DNA from: an uncultured Gemmatimonadales bacterium
Lineage (GTDB): Bacteria > Gemmatimonadota > Gemmatimonadetes > Gemmatimonadales > GWC2-71-9
Length of the DNA stretch: 64,000 nucleotides
Direction of reading: 5' to 3'
Assembly: GCA_963779755.1 (NCBI GenBank)
Contig: CAVZZO010000001.1
Coordinates: 1,945,650-2,009,649 of the forward strand
The position numbers were made by a program, and so were the translations under genes. Positions 26,956-34,335 of the stretch are shown piece after piece. The notes beneath the pieces are model-generated. The model worked only from the letters and a program-made list of their open reading frames with translations. It did no database searches and was not told where the DNA came from. Positions within the stretch are counted from its first letter, which is position 1. Each line of letters begins with the position of its first letter.

Positions 26956-29580
26956 ATGCCAGACGAGCGCACCCGCCTGAAGGATGCCCTTGCCGACCGC
27001 TATGCCCTCGATCGGGAAATCGGGAGCGGGGGCATGGCCACGGTCTACCTCGCCCAGGACCTGCGCCACGACCGTCAGGTGGCGGTCAAGGTCCTCCGGC
27101 CCGACCTGGCCGCCACGCTGGGGAGCGACCGGTTCTTCCGCGAAATCCAGGTGGCCGCGCGGCTGCAGCACCCGCACATTCTGCCGCTGCTCGATTCCGG
27201 CGAGGCGGGCGGCTTCTACTACTACGTCATGCCCTATGTGCAGGGCGAGTCGTTGCGCGAGCGGCTGGCCAGGCATGGCGAGTTGCCGGTGCACGAGACG
27301 GTGAAGCTGCTCTCCGAAGTCGTGGATGCCCTGGCCGAGGCCCATGCCAACGGCGTAGTGCACCGCGACATCAAGCCGGACAACGTGATGCTCTCGGGCC
27401 GTCACGCGCTGGTGATGGACTTCGGCGTGGCCAAGGCGGTGAGCGAGGCGACCGGGCGGCAGAAGCTGACCACGGCCGGTATCGCGCTGGGGACGCCCTC
27501 ATACATGGCGCCGGAGCAGGCGGCGGCCGATCCGCAGCTGGATCACCGGGTGGACATCTACGCGGTGGGGGTGCTGGGCTACGAGATGCTCACCGGCAGC
27601 CCGCCGTTTGGGGGAAAGAGCCCGCAGGAGATCCTGGCGGCGCAGGTGACCCAGGCGCCGGAGCCGATTTCGAAACATCGCCCAGCCGTGTCGGCGGCGC
27701 TGGAGTCGGTACTGATGAAGTGCCTGGAGAAGCGGGCGGCCGACCGGTGGCAGACGGCGGAGGAGCTGCTGGGGCAGCTGGAGGTGCTGGCCACGCCAAG
27801 CCTGGGGATGACGCCGACCCAGACCCGGCCGGTGGCGGCGGTCGCGGTCGGCGGCCGCGGGTTCCCGCTCTGGGCCGCCTGGGTGCTGGGCGGGGCGCTG
27901 GTGGCGGCGGGTGCTCTGGCATTGACGCTGCGGCAGCGAGCGCCCGCCGTGCTGGACCTGGGAAATCGCACCCCGCTGGCGGTCTCGCCGGACATCGAGC
28001 AGTGGCCCGACCTCAGCCCTGATGGAAAGCTGGTCGCCTACACCGTGGCGGACACGGCCGGAGTTCACCTCACGGTGCGGCAGGTGGGTGGCGGGGTTCC
28101 CATCGCCATTACCGAAGGCACTCAGGCCTGGGTCGGCGCCATATCGCCCGATGGCAGCCGCCTCCTGCATTCCGGCCCGAACGGTCTGTACGTCATGCCG
28201 CTCCTCGGTGGCCCCGCCCGGCCCGTAGCGGACATCAGCCCGATGGGCGCGGCGTGGTCTCCCGACGGACGGCGTGTCGTCCTTGCCTCCCGGGATACCC
28301 TGTTCGAGCAGAGCCTGGACGGCACCGGCCGGAAGCCGCTGGCGGCCGGCGTAGATCTGCATTCGCCCGCCTGGTCGCCCGACGGCAGGTGGATCGCCTA
28401 CGTCGAGGGAAATTCGAGGTTCTACGGCCAGGGCAACAACGCGCCCAGCCGGATCCTGGTACTACCCGCCGCGGGGGGCACGCCGGTCGCCGTGACGGAC
28501 TCGGCCTCGTTCAACACCAGCCCGGTCTGGATCCCCGGCCGGCGCGCCCTGCTGTTCATTTCCGACCGCGAGGGCGGCCGCGATATTTATCAGCTGGAGC
28601 TGACCTCCAGCGGGGCCGCGGCCGCTCCCCCGGTCCGCATCACGACCGGCCTCAACCCCGGCCGGATCAGCCTTTCGGCCGACGGGAAACGCCTGGCCTG
28701 GTCCACCGGAGTCCAGACGTCCAACATCTGGGAGATCCCCATCTCCGGTCGCGATTCGGTTCCGTTCTCCCGGGGCCGCCAGGTCACCACCGGCTCGCAG
28801 GATGTCGAGCAGGCAGACGTGTCGCCCGATGGCCGATGGCTGTACTACGACTCGAACCTCGGCGGCCACTCCAGTATCTGGCGCCAGCCGCTGGCGGGAG
28901 GAACCCCGGAGCGCCTCACCAGCGACTCCGCCGACGATTTCGCCCCCGCCGTCTCGCCCGACGGACGCTGGGTCGCCTTCCACTCCACGCGCAACGGCAG
29001 TAGTAACCGGGACGTGTTCGTGATCCCGGCGGCGGGAGGGCCTGCCGTGCAGGTCTCCACCAGTGCCGGAGACGACCGGGTCCCTCATTGGAGTCCGGAC
29101 GGCAGGATGCTGGCCTGGTCCGATAACGACAGGCCCGACAGCAATATCCTGGTAGCGCACCGGCAGGCCGGCGGGTCCTGGTCGGCGCCGCGGCGGCTTG
29201 CCGCGCGGGGATTTCAGGCAGGACAGTGGCGGCCCACGGGTGGGATCACGCTCGGGTCATCCGCTGGAATCTCGCTGCTGGACCCCGCGAGTGGGGCGAC
29301 GACCCTTCTGGTGGACTCGACCGGGGCCCCGGGGGGGGGTGCGTACACCGCCTGGTCCGGGGACGGCAAGACGCTGTATTTCGCCGTACGGGATTCGGCG
29401 GGCCCGGTCGTCCGCCTTCGGGCAATCACGCGGCCGGGGGGCCGGCCGAGGACGGTGGCGTACACCGATAATCCCCGGGCCCAGTTCTTTCGCTTCGGCC
29501 TGGCGGCGCATGCGGGATATCTCTACCTGCCACTGGTGGATGCAAACTGGGATGTGTGGGTGGCGGATGTGGAGCGCTAG
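26956..29580 (+). CDS. Membrane Hanks-type Ser/Thr protein kinase with extracytoplasmic PD40/TolB-like beta-propeller
   Basis: Kinase motifs GSGGMATV, VAVK, HRDIKPDN, DFG, GTPSYMAPE, DIYAVG; one TM (WAAWVLGGALVAAGALAL); many (W)SPDG repeats. Confidence 0.93.
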   Translation: MPDERTRLKDALADRYALDREIGSGGMATVYLAQDLRHDRQVAVKVLRPDLAATLGSDRFFREIQVAARLQHPHILPLLDSGEAGGFYYYVMPYVQGESLRERLARHGELPVHETVKLLSEVVDALAEAHANGVVHRDIKPDNVMLSGRHALVMDFGVAKAVSEATGRQKLTTAGIALGTPSYMAPEQAAADPQLDHRVDIYAVGVLGYEMLTGSPPFGGKSPQEILAAQVTQAPEPISKHRPAVSAALESVLMKCLEKRAADRWQTAEELLGQLEVLATPSLGMTPTQTRPVAAVAVGGRGFPLWAAWVLGGALVAAGALALTLRQRAPAVLDLGNRTPLAVSPDIEQWPDLSPDGKLVAYTVADTAGVHLTVRQVGGGVPIAITEGTQAWVGAISPDGSRLLHSGPNGLYVMPLLGGPARPVADISPMGAAWSPDGRRVVLASRDTLFEQSLDGTGRKPLAAGVDLHSPAWSPDGRWIAYVEGNSRFYGQGNNAPSRILVLPAAGGTPVAVTDSASFNTSPVWIPGRRALLFISDREGGRDIYQLELTSSGAAAAPPVRITTGLNPGRISLSADGKRLAWSTGVQTSNIWEIPISGRDSVPFSRGRQVTTGSQDVEQADVSPDGRWLYYDSNLGGHSSIWRQPLAGGTPERLTSDSADDFAPAVSPDGRWVAFHSTRNGSSNRDVFVIPAAGGPAVQVSTSAGDDRVPHWSPDGRMLAWSDNDRPDSNILVAHRQAGGSWSAPRRLAARGFQAGQWRPTGGITLGSSAGISLLDPASGATTLLVDSTGAPGGGAYTAWSGDGKTLYFAVRDSAGPVVRLRAITRPGGRPRTVAYTDNPRAQFFRFGLAAHAGYLYLPLVDANWDVWVADVER

Positions 29581-29611
29581 GAATCAGGGACCAGGAACCG
29601 GGGATCAGGGG
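29581..29611 (+). repeat. Degenerate heptamer repeat (GG[G/A]A[C/T]C[A/G])
   Basis: GAATCA GGGACCA GGAACCG GGGATCA GGGG between the kinase and the FHA gene. Confidence 0.5.
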
Positions 29612-29628
29612 CATTCCCCTCATCACCG

Positions 29629-31140
29629 ATGATCCGGCTTACCCTTCGCGGGGACCCCGCGCAATCGCGCGACTACACGCAGGCGCTGATCCGGGTGGGC
29701 CGCGGCTCCGGCTGCGATTGGGTGGTCCAGGGCGATCAGGCGGAGAGCGTCTCCCAGTTTCACGCCCAGATCTCCCTGCGCGACGGGTCCTGGCTGCTGC
29801 AGGATACCGGCAGCACCAACGGCACGCTGGTGAACGGGCAGCGGATCCAGCGGCGCGTGCTGCAGCCGGGCGATGTGATCAGGCTCGGCGCGGGCGGGCC
29901 CGAGCTCCTCGTCGAGATCGATTTCGACGCCATTCCCCGCGGTGCACCCGCCGTCATGAGTACCGCTCCACGTCCCGCCCTGCCCGATGATCCATCCAGC
30001 GACCTCCCGCCGGGCGATCCGGTGCCGGCGGGACGGCCCAGCACCGCCCTGGCGGTGGAACGGGCGGTATTGGATATCGAAGCGGCGCGCAGCGAATCCG
30101 GTGGCCGACGGCGCAGCACCCGTTCGCTCCTGCGCGAGGCGCTCCACGAGGTCTCCGCCACGGTGCAGGCGAGGACCCGGCGCCGCTGGGTGCGGGTGGT
30201 GCTCGGTGTGGCCGGCGTCGGGCTGCTCGGGCTCATGACCCTGGGCGTGATCGTCGTCCGCCAGCAGCGGCAGCTCGCCGCTCTGCTGGCCCGGAAAGCG
30301 GCCATCGACCGGCAGATCGAACAGGTGCAGGAGGCCATGCAGAATGAAGATGATCCCGGCCGCCTGGCGCAGCAGGAACAGCTGCTCGATGCGCTGACCG
30401 GCAACGCCGAGGCCACGCTCGTGGCCGTAGGACAGCGCGACAAGGCCCGGGCCGCCCAGCTGGCGCAGGGCAGCGACGAGCTGGACCGGGAGATCCGCCG
30501 CATTCTCTCCCAGTTCGACGCCACGACCTACGCGGTGCCCCCCATCTTCCGGGAACGGCTGCAGTATCACATCGACCAACTGGTTCACTCGGGAACCCTG
30601 GGCCAGGTGTACCGGCGCAAACAGAAATACTGGCCGATCATCAGGAAGGAATTCGGCGCCCTGGAGTTGCCGGAGGACATGGCCTACATCGCCTGGGCCG
30701 AGTCGGAGTTCGATCCCGAGGCGCTGAGCGGCGCGGGCGCGCGGGGGATGTGGCAGATGACGGTCGCGACCGCCGAGCGCTACGGGCTCATGGTGAACGA
30801 CTCGGTGGACCAGCGGCTCGATGTCCGCCTGCAGACCCACGCCGCGGCCCGCTATCTGGCCGACCTGCTGAGCGAGTTCGGCGAGGATGCCTTCATGCTG
30901 GCGCTGGCCAGCTACAACCGGGGCGAGGCCGGCGTGCGCCGGGCGCTGCACGACGTGGCCGCCGATCCCGGCGGCTTCCGCCGGGACAAGCGGAACTTCT
31001 GGCATCTCTACCGGCTGAAGAAGCTGCCGCCGGAGACGCGGGAATACGTGCCCAGGGTGCTGGCCGCGGCCGTGATCGGGAGCAACCCCGAGCGGTACGG
31101 GCTCGCACCGGCCTCCTCGTCACCTCAGGCTTCCCATTAG
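29629..31140 (+). CDS. FHA domain - TM - coiled coil - MltD-like lytic transglycosylase (SLT)
   Basis: FHA motifs VGRG...VSQFHA...DTGSTNGT..NG...GDVIRLG; TM VVLGVAGVGLLGLMTLGVIVV; SLT motifs AES (catalytic Glu), GARGMWQM, ARYL, ALASYNRGE, LPPETREYVPR. Confidence 0.88.
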   Translation: MIRLTLRGDPAQSRDYTQALIRVGRGSGCDWVVQGDQAESVSQFHAQISLRDGSWLLQDTGSTNGTLVNGQRIQRRVLQPGDVIRLGAGGPELLVEIDFDAIPRGAPAVMSTAPRPALPDDPSSDLPPGDPVPAGRPSTALAVERAVLDIEAARSESGGRRRSTRSLLREALHEVSATVQARTRRRWVRVVLGVAGVGLLGLMTLGVIVVRQQRQLAALLARKAAIDRQIEQVQEAMQNEDDPGRLAQQEQLLDALTGNAEATLVAVGQRDKARAAQLAQGSDELDREIRRILSQFDATTYAVPPIFRERLQYHIDQLVHSGTLGQVYRRKQKYWPIIRKEFGALELPEDMAYIAWAESEFDPEALSGAGARGMWQMTVATAERYGLMVNDSVDQRLDVRLQTHAAARYLADLLSEFGEDAFMLALASYNRGEAGVRRALHDVAADPGGFRRDKRNFWHLYRLKKLPPETREYVPRVLAAAVIGSNPERYGLAPASSSPQASH

Positions 31141-31143
31141 GAA

Positions 31144-31313
31144 CCGCAGATTACGCAGATTACGCAGATTGACTCTATGAAATCAGCGGATCAACCCCGG
31201 CCTCTCTTCACCCCCGCACTTCTCGACCGGATTGGATGCTGGATCTGGGCACCGCTGCCAAGATGGTTGCGGGTCGCTCCAGATTACATCTGCGTAATCT
31301 GCGTAATCTGCGG
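31144..31313. repeat. Perfect 26-bp inverted repeats, each built of GCAGATTAC 9-mers, bounding a 170-bp segment (MITE-like)
   Basis: CCGCAGATTACGCAGATTACGCAGAT at 31144-31169 and its exact reverse complement at 31288-31313. Confidence 0.9.
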
Positions 31314-33888
31314 CTTCTTCCTCCCCAGCCTCGCCGTTGCTCAGAAGCCGGGGGCTCTGCCGTACCAGGATCCGCGATTGCCGATCGCCGAGCGGGCCCA
31401 GGATCTCCTGGGCCGCATGACGCTGGAGGAGAAGTTCTGGCAGCTGTTCATGATCCCCGGCGATCTGGACGATCCGGCAAACGACTACCGCCACGGGGTT
31501 TTCGGCCTACAGGTGTCGGTGGTGGATTCGACCGGAAGCGCAGGCGAGATCGCCCGGGCCCACGCGTGCCGCATCAACGCCATCCAGCGCTACTTTGTCG
31601 AGCGCACCCGGCTGGGGATCCCGATCATTCCCTTCGATGAGGCAGTTCACGGGCTGATCCGGCCCGGCGCCACCATGTTTCCCCAGGCCATCGCCCTGGC
31701 CGCGGCCTGGGATTCCGCGCTGGTGGGAGACGTGGCCCAGGCGATCGCCCGGGAGACCGGGAGCCGGGGCATCCGGCAGGTGCTCTCGCCGGTGCTGAAC
31801 ATCGCCAGCGATGTGCGATGGGGCAGGGTGGAGGAGACCTACGGCGAGGACCCGGTGCTTGCTTCGCGCATGGGCGAGGCGTTCGTGCGCGCCTTTGAGG
31901 CGCTGGGCGTGGCGGCCACCCCCAAGCACTTCGTGGCCAACGTGGGCGAGGGCGGCCGGGACAGCTATCCGATCGACTACGACCGTCGGGCGCTGGAGGA
32001 GCGGTTCTTCCCTCCCTTCCGGAGTGCGCTTGCAGAAGCGGGCGCGCATTCCGTCATGGCGGCCTACAACTCGGTGGGCGGGATCCCGGCCTCGCAGAAC
32101 CGCTGGCTGCTGACCCATGTCCTGCGGGGGGAATGGCACTTCGGCGGTGTCGTCATCTCCGATCAGGCCGCGACCGCCGGCCCGACCGTGTTGCAGCACA
32201 CCGAAGCCAGCACCGCCACTGCGGCGCAACACGCGCTCGAGGCCGGGCTGGACGTGATCTTCCAGTCGGCGTATCCGCAATATCGCCCCTATCTCGCGGC
32301 CTTCCAGCGGGGCCTGGTCCCCCGGCCCGTGCTCGACACCGCGGTGGCGCGGGTGCTGCGGCTCAAGTTCGAGCTGGGTCTCTTCGAGCATCCCTACGCC
32401 GATCCGGACAGCGCGGCCCGGTGGAACGGCAATGCCAGGCATGCGGAGCTGGCGCGGCAGGCCGCCCGCGAGTCGATCGTGCTGCTCCGGAACCGGAAGG
32501 GTACGCTGCCACTGTCCCGGTCGATCGGCTCGGTCGCGGTGATCGGCTCCGATGCCGTGGAAGCGCGGCTGGGAGATTACAGCGGTGCCGGAGCTCGGCC
32601 GGTGTCCATCCTCGACGGCATCCGCCAGGAGCTCGGCTCCTCGGCACCGGTGCGGTACACCCCCGGCCCGGGCCGGGCCGATACGGAGTATGTGACCATT
32701 CCGGCGGCGTTGCGGGGCGAATACTTCGCCAACCCGCGGCTGGAAGGGGAGCCGCGGGTGGTCCGGAGTGATACGCGGGTGGATTTCCACTGGACCATCA
32801 GTCCGCCGGCGCCAGGCATCCCACAAGACTGGTACTCGGTGCGCTGGACGGGGCAGGTGACCATCTCCCCCGGCGGGGTCCGGCGAATCGGCGTCGAAGG
32901 GAACGACGGCTATCGTCTCTACCTGGACGATTCGCTGGTCATCGACAACTGGCGGAAACGGTCCTACGGTGTGCGCCTCGCCCCCGTGGCGGTGGTTCCC
33001 GGCAGCAGCCACAGGCTGCGCCTGGAGTACTTCGAGACCAGGAGCAACGGCCGGATCCGGCTGGTCTGGGACGCCGGGGCCGCTCCCATCTGGCCGGCCG
33101 CGCTCAAGGCCGCCGTCGCGCTGGCGCGGACGAGCGACGTCGCCATCGTGGTCGCGGGCATCGAGGAGGGCGAGTTTCACGATCGCGCCTTGCTCGCGCT
33201 CCCCGGCCGCCAGGAGGACCTGATCCGGCAGCTGGCGGCGACGGGCACGCCGGTGGTGGTGGTCCTGATCGGCGGCAGTGCCGTCACCATGCCCTGGCTG
33301 GAGGAGGTGGACGCGGTGGTTGACGCGTGGTACCCCGGCGAGCAGGGCGGCCCGGCGGTGGCCGATGTGCTGTTTGGCGGCTACAATCCGGCCGGGCGGT
33401 TACCGATCACGTTCCCCGTCGCCGAGGGGCAGCTGCCGCTGTACTACAACCACGAACCGGCCGGCCGGGGCGACGATTATGGCGACCTCACCGGGCTGCC
33501 GCTCTTTCCGTTCGGCTTCGGGCTGAGCTATACCACCTTCGAGTATTCGTCGCTCGGCATCTCGCCCGAGTCCATGGACGCCGCCGGCACGGCGGTGATC
33601 CGCTGCCGCGTGCGCAATACCGGAACTCGCGGGGGCGACGAGGTGGTGCAGCTATACATCCACCAAGTGCTGGGATCGGTGGCCCGTCCGGTGATCCAGC
33701 TCCAGGGCTTCCAGCGCATCCACCTGGAGCCGGGCGAGGAGCGCGAGGTCCGGTTCCGGCTTTCGACCGAGCAGTTGAGGACATTCCAGCGGGGTGGGGA
33801 CTGGGTAGTAGAGTCCGGGGCATACCAGGTGATGGTCGGAGCTTCCTCCCGGGACCTCCGGTTGCGGGGGGTGCTGCTGATCCGCTGA
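31177..33888 (+). CDS. GH3 beta-glucosidase (BglX-like) with PA14 insert and Fn3-like C-terminal domain
   Basis: Motifs RMTLEEK, TRLGIP, DEAVHG, RWGRVEETYGEDP, KHF, VISD (nucleophile), ESIVLLRN; PA14 YSVRWTG...DGYRLYLD; AWYPGEQGG, PFGFGLSYTTF, EVVQLY. The true start may be the TTG at 31267. Confidence 0.93.
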   Translation: MKSADQPRPLFTPALLDRIGCWIWAPLPRWLRVAPDYICVICVICGFFLPSLAVAQKPGALPYQDPRLPIAERAQDLLGRMTLEEKFWQLFMIPGDLDDPANDYRHGVFGLQVSVVDSTGSAGEIARAHACRINAIQRYFVERTRLGIPIIPFDEAVHGLIRPGATMFPQAIALAAAWDSALVGDVAQAIARETGSRGIRQVLSPVLNIASDVRWGRVEETYGEDPVLASRMGEAFVRAFEALGVAATPKHFVANVGEGGRDSYPIDYDRRALEERFFPPFRSALAEAGAHSVMAAYNSVGGIPASQNRWLLTHVLRGEWHFGGVVISDQAATAGPTVLQHTEASTATAAQHALEAGLDVIFQSAYPQYRPYLAAFQRGLVPRPVLDTAVARVLRLKFELGLFEHPYADPDSAARWNGNARHAELARQAARESIVLLRNRKGTLPLSRSIGSVAVIGSDAVEARLGDYSGAGARPVSILDGIRQELGSSAPVRYTPGPGRADTEYVTIPAALRGEYFANPRLEGEPRVVRSDTRVDFHWTISPPAPGIPQDWYSVRWTGQVTISPGGVRRIGVEGNDGYRLYLDDSLVIDNWRKRSYGVRLAPVAVVPGSSHRLRLEYFETRSNGRIRLVWDAGAAPIWPAALKAAVALARTSDVAIVVAGIEEGEFHDRALLALPGRQEDLIRQLAATGTPVVVVLIGGSAVTMPWLEEVDAVVDAWYPGEQGGPAVADVLFGGYNPAGRLPITFPVAEGQLPLYYNHEPAGRGDDYGDLTGLPLFPFGFGLSYTTFEYSSLGISPESMDAAGTAVIRCRVRNTGTRGGDEVVQLYIHQVLGSVARPVIQLQGFQRIHLEPGEEREVRFRLSTEQLRTFQRGGDWVVESGAYQVMVGASSRDLRLRGVLLIR

Positions 33889-33921
33889 ACACCTGGCCTG
33901 AGGGCCGGTCTGCGCCGCGCG

Positions 33922-34304
33922 GACGGCCCGGCCATCCCTCCGCGCGCTGGTGGTGCGCGCTCCTTTCTGGAGATCCCGATCCACTTCACCGCGCCCCAAC
34001 GCGCGCTCCGGGATGGTCCAGCCCGTCGGCGCGGCTGGGGGAAGGCAGCAGCAGAAGGGGCCTCCCGCCGGGGCCGCTGGGTCCCGCAGGGCGCGTCGGA
34101 GCGCCCGCAGGTGGATTGGGGATGGCGGAAAAGCGAAGGGATCCGTGAGGGCGCGGCGACGGCCCGGCCATCCCTCCGCACGCTGGTGGTGCGCGCTCCT
34201 TTCTGGAGATCCCAATCCACTTCACCGCGCCCCAACGCGCGCTCCGGGATGGTCCAGGCCGTCGGCGCGGCTGGAGGAAGGCAGCAGCAGAACGGGCCTC
34301 CCGC
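33922..34304. repeat. Two 147-bp direct repeats (33922-34068 and 34158-34304) with internal inverted repeats
   Basis: The copies align without gaps with 5 mismatches and an 89-bp spacer; each has terminal IR GACGGCCCGGCCATCCC...GGGATGGTCCAG(G/C)CCGTC. Confidence 0.92.
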
Positions 34305-34330
34305 GCGGGGCCGCCGGGCAGGAGGCCCGT
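34292..34330. terminator. GC-rich hairpin just downstream of the ppsA stop; possible terminator
   Basis: 10-bp stem ACGGGCCTCC...GGAGGCCCGT; U-tract is weak. Confidence 0.4.
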
Positions 34331-34335
34331 GTTTC

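Noticed and set aside
29331-29339. G9 tract in the kinase gene as a phase-variation switch
   Set aside because: The frame is intact (PGGG linker), the tract is near the C-terminus, and such runs are not unusual at this GC content. Read-level data would be needed.
33922-34304. 147-bp repeat as SRP RNA, a CRISPR repeat or a coding repeat
   Set aside because: GGAAGGCAGCAG resembles SRP helix 8, but the upstream CAGG half is absent. The unit is far too long for CRISPR, and the 236-bp period is not a multiple of 3.
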